Source of the DNA: Coniocarpon cinnabarinum
Taxonomy: Eukaryota
Length of the DNA stretch: 64,000 bases
Assembly (NCBI GenBank): GCA_051942205.1
Contig: JAVECO010000136.1
Coordinates: 1 to 64,000, forward strand
Reading direction: 5' to 3'
Below the pieces are notes generated by a model that ran no database searches, had not been told where the DNA came from, and saw only the letters and a program-made list of their open reading frames with translations. This document shows positions 47,110 through 61,100 of this stretch, piece after piece. How positions within the stretch are numbered: position 1 is the stretch's first letter; each line of letters opens with the position of its first letter. A program made the translations under genes and the position numbers.

Positions 47110-48586
47110 ATGGCCTCCGGGTTGGTCACGCTCCCTTTCGAGGTAGTCGAGAATATCGCACGCTACAGTGATGCGCTTTCAGTAGTTCATTTGGCTGCCA
47201 CCTGTCGACGACTGCGACAAATCATTTGGCGAGCACAGATGTTTGAGCACGTCATCAAATACCACCAAAGGTAAGCAAAGAGCGCCAGGTCTTCATCAAC
47301 TCTGTGGGATTCTCGAAAGTCATGAGCAATACGAGTCTGGCAACACTCCTGATATCGTGGCTGAAATACTGCTTGTAGATCCTGGCAGCCAATGGTTGTG
47401 AATGAACCTTCGAATATTAGGGGTAAGTGCTACGTCCCAGAGGCCCTCGCACACTTGAACCTGGATGTAATCGAACGAACCGCCGGCGAAGAGCCTTCGA
47501 CGTGGGCCAAGTTTGCACTGGCGAATGAATACGCCAATCAATTCCACGGTGGCCAAGAGTGGGATCTGAAAGCCGGACGCATTCAGAAGGTACTTCGGTG
47601 GGCCCCTCATACCGTGCTATATGGCCATCCTTTCATTACGTCGCCGTGGCTCGCAGAGCATCTAAATGAAGCCATGACGGGCGAGCCTATTGAGACAGAG
47701 CGAGCGTTTCTGTTTGCCTCGTGCATAATGAGCATTACTCATGACGGGCTTCAACCGTTCAGAGGAAAGCATATTGGCGAGGCAACATGGGTCAATGATG
47801 CATGCAAAATTGGAAACAACATGGCAAAGCTGTACCGAGCCATAGGTAAGGATGACCCATTTTCGCCTGGCAATGGTTCACTGCCAAAAGAAGCAGCGCT
47901 CAAGACTTCCCTCTGTTGACTTTGATCGGGCCCATCGAGTAGCTGTTTATCGTACAATGGCTAACTCGGCAGCTTCCAGGCTGTTTCGCTTTGGCTCTCA
48001 GGATGATACAATCGCACCACTCAACCGCTCAAAGTATGCCCCGGTTGCGAGATTCACCCCTTTTGGCGCCCCCCAGTGTTTTCGGCTTTCCATACGTCAG
48101 CCCTCCTGTCCCTTTCACTGGAAATTTTTGCAGTTGGCACGACAAGTATCTGGAGTCGTTAGATTTGCCCGAGTACCTCACATCCGGTACTTGGGTCGGG
48201 TACTACTCGCACCACGGAACACGATTCTTGGATCCTCCCATGACTGGTGTCAAGTTCCGCCGGTCGATGGCAGACAACCGGATCATCTTCGCCAACGGAA
48301 TCGACCGCGTTGGGTAAGTCAAAGTTTACTGAAAATTCTTCAGCAAACTTGTTAGGCAACTGACAACGGCCTTTGCAGGTCGTTCCAACTCAACGAGATC
48401 AATTGGCAGGGTACTTCGCTGGACATGGTCAAAGACTACGGTCCATTCACTTGGCGCTGGCAGTGCAAAGTCACTCCGTTTGGCATATTCGGCACATGGC
48501 ACTCTGGTGCAAGCCTCCGTGTGAACGGCAGCATCTGGCTTTGGAAGGAAGAATGGATGACACGAACGCGGACGGGGGACAACTGA
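47110..48586 (+). CDS. F-box domain protein
   Basis: N-terminal LVTLPFEVVENIA...LAATCRRLR; introns 47270-47378, 47846-47979 and ~48314-48378 join the ORFs; C-terminal WVGYY...TPFGIFG...IWLWKEEW. Confidence 0.8.
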
Positions 48587-48988
48587 AGTCATATAGCTCC
48601 AGCATTACGGCCCCATCATACCAACAGCATGGGTGCTTGAAGCGAAGCCGTTCGGTGCCGTAATGATGTGATTGGCGAGAGCCTCAGATCCGGGTTTCGC
48701 ACGGCTGAACCTGGGGTGGCCAGGACCCGTAGATTGCGGCTAACAGACGCTCAGAATAACCAAGGCCAACCATCAGATAGTCGGCACCTATTTGCAGGTA
48801 TGCCTTGCACGGCAGGATACCTAGTCGAGTAACTAGCGTATCGGCTTAATAATCCAAGAAACGGCATCTTTCTCGTATTTCGAGCAACGTTTCACTGCAT
48901 GCGTACACTTGAGTCATGCAGCATATAGCAACCTTCACGCTTCGGCTTGGTTCCTGACATCATCAGAGGATTATTTAGTCAACATAAA

Positions 48989-50020
48989 ATGGATCAGACA
49001 AAAGGATCATTAACATCGCCAGGTCTCGTCCGTGCTTCCAGCATTGCCGTCTTTGCAGCGGTGCTCATTGCCGTCAACCTCTATGCGCCTGTACTGATCA
49101 ATACAGTTCCACCAAGCAAGCCGAACCCGAGTGCCAACATGGCGCCGCTACCCCGTGAGATTTTCAACCGGAGTCTATACCGCTCCATCCTGCAGCTCTG
49201 GTTCTCCGGACATCCCATGACTTCTACTGTGATGACGCCAGCCACTCAGAAAAAATGGTTTGCAGTGGGCGCAACGCCTGAGGAGAAAGCCGCATTCGAC
49301 CTAGAATGCAAGAACGCTGCAATGCCAGCGCTTGACTTTCTCAGCCCGGAGAAGTATCATCTCCCGACATGGGAAGGGTTTGATGCTGATAAGCGCAATA
49401 CATTTGCGCTCAGCGAGCCGTTTCGTGCACGGATCGTAGAGGATAGCCAACCTATTGCATCCCGCGCAACAGAGGCCATTCCTCCGGAATGGGCACACAA
49501 GGAGGTTCCTGATGAGCTTGATCATGCTGATATTGCTCGCGCCTTTGTCCTTCTTTTAGATCAACTCCCGCGCAACATCTATCGAGGCGTGAAGGATCAG
49601 CATCGGGTTTATTCGCACTATGATCGACTCGCACGCGCGATCGTGCATAGCATCTTCAACAATACTGCCCCGGACAGTCCTACACCTGAACTCAACGGCC
49701 TCGACGAACGCGACCGCTTGGCTCATTCGCCAGCACATAGACTATGGTTCTACATGCCCCTCGAACACTCCGAAGACCTGCAGGACCACAATCTCCTCAG
49801 CACGAAGATAGACGACATATGCGCGCTGTGTGATGCTCGAGGTGACGCCGCGAGCAAAGAATTTGTAGAGGGTCCTTTTAAGGAATTTGAGGTGCTGCAC
49901 GCTGATCTCCTGAGGCGCTTCGGGCGGTATCCCCATCGGAACGAGGCGCTGGGGAGGGAGCCTACCAAAGAGGAAATCGACTACTTGGAGAATGGGGGTC
50001 AGAGGTTTGGAACAGGGTGA
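48989..50020 (+). CDS. DUF924 family protein
   Basis: LLDQLPRNIYRG, FYMPLEHSEDL, RFGRYPHRNEALGR; the start could instead be the ATG at 49139. Confidence 0.9.
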   Translation: MDQTKGSLTSPGLVRASSIAVFAAVLIAVNLYAPVLINTVPPSKPNPSANMAPLPREIFNRSLYRSILQLWFSGHPMTSTVMTPATQKKWFAVGATPEEKAAFDLECKNAAMPALDFLSPEKYHLPTWEGFDADKRNTFALSEPFRARIVEDSQPIASRATEAIPPEWAHKEVPDELDHADIARAFVLLLDQLPRNIYRGVKDQHRVYSHYDRLARAIVHSIFNNTAPDSPTPELNGLDERDRLAHSPAHRLWFYMPLEHSEDLQDHNLLSTKIDDICALCDARGDAASKEFVEGPFKEFEVLHADLLRRFGRYPHRNEALGREPTKEEIDYLENGGQRFGTG

Positions 50021-51214
50021 ATCGCGTGTGTTGGTCGGCATATCGGGCTGCGCCAGATGTCAGCCTCTGTCCTCGCGATAGTATCCTTGTGCGTAACCAT
50101 GCGGGCCGAGAAGAGCGCCATCCGCTGTCCTGGAATTCGCCTAAATGAAGTGGCTGGCCACCTTCAGTTTAGCACTCCATCTCTGCGAGGGTGTACCCGA
50201 CTGGACTGCAACAGGTTTGCTTCAGACTTCAGCCTACGCATAAATATTTTCACGCCTCAAGCGCACCCAGGACCGGCTCACACCCACAAAGGCTGACATG
50301 ACCGTGAATGATCATTCACACTTCTATTGTTCGGAAAGAGCGCCTTCGGACAGCCCGAGTTGTGCTTAGGATGTTACCAATATTCACATGCGAATCTAAC
50401 CTCCGGTAGTCTCGAACAACTCCTTCCCCATATTTGCTTTGTAGTATGCGCTCAACGAGGACGCGTGCTACTCAACGCGCTATCTAGCAGAACAGGTAGC
50501 TAACATTCAGCCCTGCAAAGGCCTCCAAACCAAACCCTCCTAAAAAAAACAGATCGTCAATCTTTCAATTTACAACACTGTTGATGCTCTAGCTTTGCTT
50601 CGACGTCTCTCGGCAAGTTGCCAGCTACTGCACACGAGTCTTTGGGTCTTTCCACGTTTTACTCATTCAATCAACATCGCCGAAGAATAGAATCGCATCG
50701 ATATGAAGTCTCGATGACTGGAGAGCTGCTGGACCTTTGACGCTATCCTAACATGATAATTAACCTGACAAGATGGCATTGCGTGTGCCACTGTGGGCGG
50801 TTTAGACGATGTTATTCCAGTGCTCAAAAGCATTGCGCTTGTGCTTGGGAATGGCCAAAAGAACCACAAGGTCAAGTGTTGGCCAACTGAATGAACTAGC
50901 ATACACAGACCCCGTGGAAGAATGAGAGAAAACTCGAGCACTATTGCGATGGTTTTTATGCTGGCCTGATACCGCCTGGGATCTAAATGATACTGAGATA
51001 TTATGAGGTAGAAATACAGTGCTTTCTTCATCAAGAAGTGTATCCTAGGTATTCCATCAGTCGCCCTCTTACACTGACACTTGAGTCAAATCCGCTGGAC
51101 CAGTCTGTCGCTGAGCCAGCCTTGTACAACGTTCCTGTAAGCCTCCAGTTTCAGGTCTAAGCCTTGTGTTCTTCATTCGCGTCTGTCTCTCCTCCACACC
51201 CAGTCCGACATCTC

Positions 51215-54155
51215 CTAAAGCTCCTCATCGTCATCTTCCACGTATTCGCCGGCTGATCCCAGGTCCTCACCATCCCGATATTCACAGTATCCTTCACTCA
51301 CCCCACCACTCTCACTGCCACTTCCGCTCTGGCTCTCATCAATGTGATGGTCATCACCACCGGTATCTCCCTGATCTTCGGCAGCATCTTCGACGACTTC
51401 AAAATGCGCAGCTGCGCCCGGTCGACTCGTCCATCTCATACGCCACTCTGGGTCCTCTAGCGCTTCTCTGCGCAGCAGCTCACCTCGCGACAGCTGTGTC
51501 TCTGCCTCTTCATCTGCTGTCGAATGGTCTGGTCGCCAGGCTGAATGGTCTGCTCGGCACTCTTCAGAAGCGTCAGGGAGGCGCTTCTCGGGGTCCTGAA
51601 CGCGGCCAGAATCAATCCAAATCGGATCGTCGTCTGTTCGTGGTTGTTGAGACGGGGCATCGTTCGTGACAGAGACTCGAGGATCCGCCGCCTCGTTCGC
51701 GTTCATTGGACTGTTTCGCTTCCTTGCCTTTGCAGTCTTCTTGACCTTCTTAGGCGGAGCAGGCTTCTGCGATTCGTTCTCGTCCGATGAGTACTGAACG
51801 TCGAAGCCTTCCGGGAGACCCTTGCCCGCCGTCGTTGGGCGTACTGAAGCGGGTGTCTGCTGAGTTGTGGGATTTCCTGCATCGTTGGCCTTTGAAGCCA
51901 AATAATGTCCATCGACTTCTTCATCACCCTCAGCGTCAATGTCGTCAGTGTCATCAGCTGGGCGTTTCACATGTGCACCATAGCCTCTTGAGCTCTCAGG
52001 TGCGTATTTCCTGCTTCTGCCTGGACACTGTGTATGATGACAGTCTCCACAGTGACGACAGTGCACCTCCGGGTCCAACATCCGGTCGTGCTCCTCCACC
52101 ACGTCGACAGTGTCGTAACGCCACTGGTCTGCATCATCGTCTGGCGTGTCGTCAACCTGATTCAGGCCATACTCGCGATCGGCCATGGCCGCCTGTATGC
52201 GCTGGTTCTGCCAATGCGGCATGGCTGCAGAGTAGCCCGGTCCCACTTCCGGGTCGTGAAACTGGTCGTCTTGATTACCAGGCACGCCGCCGTCCATGCC
52301 ATGGAGATCCCTTCGAAGGCGATCAATGACTGGAATGAGCTGCAAAAGGACATCGCCACCGAAGCGTCTCACAGCGGCCTCCATCTCATATATTAGCAAC
52401 GAAGTGGTCATTGCATAAGCATGTGCATCATGCTGACCCAATGGATCGTTCTCAGAGACGCGATTCGGTAGTTCACGTTCGCGTACCAGCCACTTCCAAG
52501 GCTTGTCCATATCTCGCACAGGGTCCAGATTGCGCTCGGCCATGGCATTGATGAGACCGACATTGCCGCCGAGCTGCCATCCACGGCGACCATAGTCGTC
52601 AAGGAGCTGTCCGACGTCGGTTTCACCGTTCTCGTCGGCCTCAGGATACTGGAATCGGCGATACGGCGTGTAGAAGAAGTCACGAACGTCGGTGTCGTCA
52701 GGCTGCTTGGTCTTGGACCAGATGGGGAGTCTCCGGCTATTGGGATAGCGGTCTGGCCAGTCGTCCATTGACCCTACTTGTGGCGTTGATGGTGGCCCTC
52801 GAGTAGATCTCGGAAGGACGTTGGCCGTTGCGTCATATCTGACCTTTTCACGACCCGTAGGTTGGTACTCATCATTCTGAGGGTACTCGCTAGCGGCTTC
52901 TTGAGACTCCGTGCTGCCAGGTCGCTGATACGTCACCTTCTGGAAGCTGTCGTCAAACATCAGTACGTCGTCGTCTGGCAACGCAGCGTTTTCATGGATG
53001 CCTACAAACCGAGAGTCAGATAATTCTCACAGGTCGAGCAGGACCGTACACGTCCTTCGGACGCGGAACTTACTGTGACTGGTCGCACTCGATCGCATCG
53101 AATCGTCGAAATCCGTTGTCAAAGTATTGTCCAGCGATTGCAGTGTGTCTGCAAAGGCGCTACTGGAACCAAACGAACAGTTCATTGGGTCCGCTGGAGT
53201 CACAGGCGTATTCATACGTCCTGCGTTATTCGACAAGATCTTCTTCGCCTTAGAACGCGCAAGTTAGCTTCTTGATGTTCTACAAGTGTCACAGAGCGAA
53301 CTTACTGGATTGACAGGGGTTGCATGACTGTTGGACATGCTCGCGGTTGGTACTCCGGCACGCTTCTTGCTGCTTGCAGGCCGCTTCTCGGGTTCATCAG
53401 CAGTGGTCTCCTTCTGCTTCCTCTGAGCCGCGCTCTGGTCTCGCTCATTCTGCTTCCTATTGCCCTGCTCAGCAGCCGTGACTTCAGGGTCCTCTCTTGG
53501 ATTGATGTATGTGTCGTCGCTCTCGTAGTCTACAAGTTGATCCGAAGGTTGAGCAGCCCTGGTACCGTAGATACCGGTTCGGAAGGTCAGAATATGGTCG
53601 CGAATCTTCGCCAGAGCCTTCGGCTTTTGACGATAATCTGCGCTCGTGCCAGGAACCTCAAGTGCCTTGAAAAAGAATTCAAGTGGCAGCGGTCGACCTT
53701 TGTAAGCGTTTTCAAATTCGCTATAAATTTGGTCGCCACTGAGTTGATCAATCTGGCGCTGGCGTTGTGGGAAAAACAGCAACCGCACTCTGCCTGGAGG
53801 AGTCTTGTCTCGCTTCTTGCGAGCCTGCTCTTCCGCTTTGGCGCCTTTCACGGGACCTGTCTTCTGCGAGAGCGCATTAATACTTGATATGTCAAATACA
53901 GACATGAATGGACCTTCTTACCTTCCGTCCTGTTTGGTCCGCAGTCTTCTTCTGTTTCTTGGGAGGCGGGCTCTCTTCGACATAATCCTCATCCTCGTCG
54001 TCGTTGTCGGCTTCCCTTGCTCGCTTCGAGCCCGCCTGAGCTTTTCGGGTTGTCGGCTCGTGGCTGGTCGATGTTGGTGAGACAGAAGGAAGGTCGGGCC
54101 TATTTTGTGGGGCAGCAGCTTTGGCTTTCTTTGGGCTTCCCTGTGTTGCGTCCAT
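51215..54155 (-). CDS. Orphan acidic, low-complexity protein A (~917 aa, probably nuclear), paralog of 54492-55894
   Basis: ATG 54155; introns 53921-53864, 53305-53249 and 53073-53002 chain four track ORFs in frame; NLS-like PPKKQKK and PPKKVKK. Confidence 0.8.
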
Positions 54156-54491
54156 GGCGTTCAGCGGTATTCGATGTTCTTCCCGGTGGCCAATACAGGA
54201 GGTTAATGTTGATCCTTTAGTATGCTGCTGAACAAGAGTTGTAGATTGCAAACTTGCACGGTCCCAAAGACTTGTTTGTTCAGGTTTGAGCTTTGTCAAC
54301 TATTGGAGAAAACGCAAGAGGTATCCCGTTCTTCAATTAGCATCTTTTAAGACCAAAGTAAAGGTGAAATGCGAGGCATCGCCTCCGGGCTTTGGCTTTT
54401 ACTTAGTATGTTGTGTTATCAGGACGTATAAGTGCATGCTGGGTCTGATACACCTTGCAAGCGCTAGAGAATCAGCAACTTTGCAAACAAC

Positions 54492-55894
54492 ATGGCTCGA
54501 AAGCAACAATCTTCCCGCGACTTTGATGATCCACCGAGAAAACGTGCAAAGACTGCAGGCGAAGTTTCAAACACCCAAGGCGCAACATCAATCTCAGCTG
54601 TTAAGCTTTCCAAAAGCCTGGCAAAGCCAACACCATCATCAGCACATCGACAGCCTGATGCTATTGGATTTCTCAAAGAACGCTTTGAGAGTGATGAAAA
54701 GCCAAACCCTTCCTCGAGCGTCAAGAAAACCAAGGATCCTTACCGTTACCGTGTGATGTCCGGCACCCCCTGGCCATGCGAGCCAGAGTCAGGGCGGATA
54801 AAGCTCCTCTTCCCAATCCCTCGTCAGCGTGAGATTGACCGAATGACAGCCACGAAACTGCTGCATCATTTCGAGAAAGGAGGCGCACAGGCTTGGCGTG
54901 AAGAACTGTTCCGTCAATTCAATATTAAAAACATCTATTCGCTTGATGCAAGAGCGATGAAAGCCTCTTCCGCGGTCCTGAGAGACAGAGTTTTAGACAA
55001 ACGCAAACACATATTCCATTGTACAGATGTAAGCACAACAAATATTTCATTAGCAGATGATTCATCATTTGAGCGTTTTGTTCCTTGACGCTGGACTTTG
55101 AACTCTTTTTCAATCGTTGCATAGGCTAACAATATATGATCCAGGCACGTGAAGGTGATGATGTTGACCAATACGAGTATCCGCAACTGTTTGAGGAACC
55201 TCAGCATGATCCAGAAGACGAGGCTCAACAAAGTGTAGACAATACTAGAGGAGGGCTCAGAACAAGCCAGAGGTCTATAAAGAGGAGCTTCAAGCCAGTT
55301 GCGGATGAGCAGTCAGATCATGACCATCTTGCGGATGTTTCAACAAAACCTGCCCAGATTCAGAAAGAGAGGCTTAAAGAAGTGGAGGAACTGATGGCCA
55401 GACATATAACAGCACATAATCTCGTAAAGGACTGGACTACCGCGCATCCACAACCACTACAGCGTTCTCGTGGCTGGCAGCGTTCAGGAAATGCTGGCTT
55501 GCGTCACGAGCTGAACCTGCGGGACATGAAGCTTGTTAAGACAAATGGGAGGAATGAATTACCAGACTTGTCAGAGCTCAGAAGACCTGACACTGGATTG
55601 CAAGCGGATGACGAGGCCATGCGGATGAGCTTTGCGCTCTTCGAGCATGAGGGTGAAAGCGCTGCCAAGAGATTTGGAGTTGGATTTTGGGAAAGAATCC
55701 GCGCTCTTGCAGCAGAGAAGGTTGAACCGTCCGTAATGGCGGGATGCAACGAAGAGAGACGGATGCGGGAAGTACGGCGTGTTGCACACGCTGAACCGAT
55801 GGTGGCCCATGATGGAAAGTCACAGCACATGAGCAGTGTTGCAGAGAGACTTGCCAATGAATTACAGGAGTCGGAGGAGTCAGAGGCAGAGTAG
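54492..55894 (+). CDS. Orphan protein B (~428 aa, probably nuclear), paralog of 51215-54155
   Basis: Intron GTAAGC...GCTAAC...CAG (55029-55144) joins ORFs 54492-55088 and 55136-55894 in frame; NLS-like PPRKRAK. Confidence 0.82.
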
Positions 55895-56027
55895 AGGCTG
55901 CAAAGCGGCAAGGATGCGCATGTCAGGCGCGAAGCCTGATTTCGTACCACGAGTCACGGACAATACAGGATGTCCTCTCGACTGCCGGACAGCACGGGCA
56001 CAGTGGTGGACAGTAGTGAAAGCAGAA

Positions 56028-56049
56028 GTAGTAGTAGTAGTAGTAGTAG
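56028..56049. repeat. (GTA)n microsatellite at the GC/AT boundary
   Basis: About seven GTA units immediately before the AT-rich block. Confidence 0.85.
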
Positions 56050-56099
56050 AATTCATACGCCGATACCGTCGCGCGTGGCGATATATAGGGGTACTATAA

Positions 56100-58180
56100 C
56101 GCTACCTATATAGAGCATCTACTACTAAATTTAGGGGTTTATTACTACTAAACCCCTAAAATTTAGCGCTAATCTTCTATTCTATTCTATTATCTTAAGT
56201 TCTTGCTTTATAATCTAGTACTATCTAGCCTACCTAGTTTAGCTAGGTAGAGTATATATAACTAGTATTTTAGACTTAGTTATTTTTAGGCTAGTTTATC
56301 TAGATAGGGTAAGTATAGGTAGGATCTAAGAACTACCTTTAATTTATTCTATGCTACTCTTTTACTATTATCCTTTTTCTTACTAAGTCTTTAGCCTTAT
56401 TATTATTATTACTAATATTACTTTATTAATATCTTTCTTATATTAGTAGTAATAGTAATAGTAAGCCTTATAGGTAAGTTAATTATATAGTATTTATACT
56501 TCTAATATTATTCTTGCTCTATCTACTAAGGTATATACTATTTTTTATTACTATCGCCTCTATATTACTATCTAGTAGTTTTTTTAAGTTTTTATAATAT
56601 ACCTACTTACTATTATAGCTTTTTTTATAGTACGCTATCTAGATATAGCTTTCTTTTTTTTTTTTTCTAGTAGATTTAGTTAGTAGAGTACTTTACTACT
56701 AATAAGGTACTACTAGAATTTTAGAATAATATAATCTATCTATATATATTATCTTTTATAGAGCCTATTTTTACTAGTTTAAAATAATATAATAATTTAT
56801 CTTAACTTCTTAAATACTAGTATATTAATAAAGTTCTTATATTATCTAAATTCTAGATAGTAGTTAAGCTAGCTAGCTACTTTAAGTATCTAGTATACTA
56901 TATTTTTAATATACTAGTTAGGCTTATTATAGTAACTATCTACTTAGATATAATAGAAATTCTTTATTTAAGCTATTATAATTAGCTTTTACTATATATT
57001 TAGTAAAAATAGCGTTTTTAGCTTTAAGTAGTTAAGATACTTATAATTATAGTTTTAAAAATAGAGCTACTTACTATAGCTACTTAATTAAACTATAATT
57101 ATAGTAATTTAGTAGTACTAGATCTTTTTTTATTATTAGTCTTATAGCTACTTAATTTATATACTAGTTTAAATATTAAAAAGGCTAAAAGTAATCTTAT
57201 AGCTCTACTTACTATATAAAAATATATTAAAGATTTTATAGTAGGTAGTATTATTAAAGGCTTTATACTAGTTAGCTTAGTTACTAGCTATAAAAAATAT
57301 AATGAGCTTAGTTATTATATTAATATTAGTATATTACTAGACCTACTCTAAAAATATAGCTAGCTATTAGGCTATTATAAGCTTATTAGTAGATATTAAA
57401 AAATTATTATATTTTAGTCTACTTTTAGAAAGGTTATTATATTCTAGTCTATTTAGAGTATCTACTTTCTTTACTAAAAGTAGTAAGGCTTTTATTAGCT
57501 TTATATATAGTAAGATTAGCTAAGCTATAGCTTCTAATACTATTTATAGTAATTATTAACTACTAGTTTATTAAGAAATTTAAGTAGTTAAGAAAGGTAG
57601 TTTATATTATTACTAGCGCTAGGTAATAGCCTTAGTAAAAAGGGTCTAGGTAATAGTACCTCTCTAGTAATAGTAGTAAAGGCCCTTTCTTTATATTTAT
57701 TAGTGTTAACGCTTTAAGTTATATATATACCTATTAGCGTAGGTTATAGTTATTCTATTAGTATAGATTATAGTTATTTTATTAGTATAGGTTATAGTTA
57801 TCCCTTTCTAATTTATCTCTTCTTTCTTCTTCTTACTCTTCTCTTAGATATTTATATAGATCTTATTATTAAAAAGCTTATATTACTATACCTAGATTCT
57901 AGGGTTCTATTAGATATACTATTTTTATCTTACTCTTTTTAAGCCTCTTTTAATATATTATACTATATTTTTATATTTTTTTTTTAATATTATAGATATA
58001 AGATATTAGAGCGCTACCTTATTTTTTTTAGTACTATTAATCTAGTAGTTATACTTCTAGTAAAAGTAGCTAATAATACTAGTCTAAATTAAAAAGCTAG
58101 TAATATAAGCTATAAATCTTAGATATATAAAAAGAATTATAAAGTTATATATTTATAAAAAGAGCCTAGTATTAGCTATA
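56100..58180. repeat. RIP-degraded repeat of unidentified class
   Basis: TpA-rich and CpA-depleted; hairpin at 56125-56166 and a 3 x 24 bp tandem repeat at 57731-57802; no motif confidently recovered. Confidence 0.7.
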
Positions 58181-61100
58181 TATAAGAGCGTGCTTATATA
58201 ACCTACTAGGTCTAGCTACGCTCTAGTTATACGCTATACTTAGCCCTACTCTAGCCTCTAACTATGCTATATATAGGCTACTACTATAGTATATACTACT
58301 ATTCTTCTACTTCTTTTATTACTTCTTAGCTATTTATTAAATACTATACTATTATATACTAGTTTACTTTACTTATAACTATCTTTTTATATTTAAATAG
58401 CTTAAATTTCTATAAAGAAGTAATTTAGACTAGTAAATTAGTTATAAAACTATTTTTTTTTATATTAATATTATACTATAATAGTAATAAACCTATACTA
58501 GATCTATACTATAGTAGCTTATTAAAATATTACTCTAAAAAAAGTAAGTATATATAATAATAAGAATAAGATTAACTATAGTAATAGTAAATCTAAGAAG
58601 CCTATATTAGCTTAAAGCTATAATAGTATAAATATAACTTAAAAGAAAATAGCTACTAAAGGTAAAAATTTTATAATACTATTTAATATATCTTAACTAG
58701 AGTAAAGCTCTATATTTTTTATAGTAACTCTAATAAGCTAGCTAAGTACTAATTTTAGTATAATAGTAGCTTAAGCTATATCTAAGTATATAAAAATATA
58801 CTAAAAAATACTAAAAAAAGATAATTTTTAATATAATAAAAAAAAGATTAAATTAGACTATTAAAAATAATTAGTTATAGAGTTAAGTTTCTTTTTTTTT
58901 ATACTTCTTTTAAATATTACTAAGCCTTTTTAGTAATATTATTATCTACTAATATAAATAAAAAATACTATAATAGTCTTATTAAAAAAAAAGCTTTAAT
59001 TTTAAAGTAAAAAAATAAATAAAAAGTATATAAATAGATATCTATTATTTAAAGTAACCTTATATAAGCTAACTTAACTTTTTAATTAAGTAGTAGTATT
59101 AATAAATAAGTAGTATATTAGACTACTAAAAGTTAGTACTATAGTAATTTAATTATAATTTAAACTTACTTTAGGAATATACTTATATTACTTAAATAGG
59201 TCTTTTAATTAGCTTAAAATTAAATAATTAATTTAGTTTTTTATAAATTAAAGCCTACTAACTACTTTTATAACTATATAACTTATAGTTAAAATATTTA
59301 TATACTTTACTTATATTTTCTTTTTAATAAAATAAGCTTTTTTAGTTCTTTATTAGAGAAGTATTATAAAATAGTTACTTTTATAAAGCTTTTAAAAAAG
59401 ATATAAAAAAAATTTAACTAGTTTAACTAATATAAGAACTATAAAACTATTAATAAGATTTAAAATATAGTAATATTTATTAAAAGTTACTAGGCTATAG
59501 ATTAGTAGCGTATTATTTATAGTCTAAGTTAGGGCTAGGGTTAAGAAGGTACTATATCTTAAATTAAATTAGATAATTAGTCTTAGGCTAATTTTAAAGT
59601 AGCTTTATTTAGTAGACTATCTAACTAGTTCTTTAAGACTAGTAGTAAGGCACTTTAAGATAGTTATAAAAAGAACCTATAATAAAAAAGCTCTAGTTTA
59701 AGAAAGTTATTAACTATATTAGTTAAATATTATAAATATAGCTAATTTAGCTACTATAAAAGTAACTATTTTAAGAATATCTAACTATTAAATAATTTAG
59801 GCGCTTTACATCTAAAAATAGATATAGAAGAAGTAGTACTATAACTAATAATTATAGATAAATTTATAAATATCTTTAGTAATAAAGCTATAATATCTAG
59901 TAGCTTTAGTACTATAGATATTATAATATTTAGTAGCTTTAATATATTAATACTAGAGTAAATATTAGTTTACTATTTTTTAGACTATAGTATAAGTATT
60001 AATTTAATCTTAAAGCACTTTTTTTTATATCTAATTACTTAAGTTTTAAACTTTTTTTATTTAGTAATTCTTTTTAATAAAAATGAATTTTATATCTACT
60101 ATATTATTAATAGTAAGCTAAAAACTACTAATTTGAATAAAGTTTCTAAGACTCTTAAGTAAGCCTTTAGTATTATAATATTTATAGGTTATAATATAGT
60201 ATTAGATATACTATAGTTTATCTAAGCTAATCTTTTTATTTTTTTTATTTAGGGTATATTTATCTAAAGATAGAAAGTAGTCTATAATTAAGTTATTATT
60301 AGTTTAGAATTAAAGCTATTATATAAAATAAAAAATAGTAGTCTAGTATAGGTAATATTACTATAATTAAATTTTAAAGTATTTTATAATATTAGGTTAG
60401 AGGCTTTTTTAAGCTAGTTCTTATTTAAAAAAGATATAGTATAAAGCTATACTAGTATAAAAGTAGTAGCAGTTCTAAATAATAATAAATTATCTTCTAA
60501 ATTCTAAAATTTTTATAATATCTTTTTAGAAATATTAGCTAGATAACTTACTTTTAATAATCTAGCGTTAGATTATATAATTAGTATAATAAAGAAGATT
60601 TCTAATATACTAATTTATAATCTTTTTTTTAAAAGCTTAAAGAACTAAAAAAATATTTTAATAAGGTACTAGATTATAGTTAGATTTAAATAAGTAAGAG
60701 CCCTACTAGCACTTCTATTTTATTTATACTAAAGTCTAATAGTATCCTATATTTCTATATTAATTACTATAGCCTTAATACTATAATAGTAAAGAATTAG
60801 TATTTTTTACTATTAATTTTAAAGATCTTTAATTAGTTAAATAATACTTAAGTCTTTTCTAAATTAGACTTAAAAAATACCTACTATTATATTTAAATTA
60901 GAAAAAAAAATAAGTAAAAAATAGTATTTAAGACCTACTATAAATATTATAAATATAGTATAATATTATTTAAACTAGCTAATACTTCTACTACCTTTTA
61001 AGTATATATTAATAGTATCTTTAAAAAGCTAGTAAATACTATTTATATTATTTATCTAAATAATATTCTTATCTTTTTTAAAAACTATAACTTATATATA

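Noticed and set aside
47423..47445. Consensus GTAAGT donor inside the F-box gene
   Set aside because: The frame is open through it and no suitable branch point/acceptor pair is evident.
57731..57802. 3 x 24-bp tandem repeat as a CRISPR-like or regulatory array
   Set aside because: No spacers and a eukaryotic context; most likely an 8-codon repeat inside a RIP-degraded element.
59529..59545. TTAGGGCTAGGGTTA as an interstitial telomere
   Set aside because: Two imperfect units within the RIP-mutated gag region; expected by chance.
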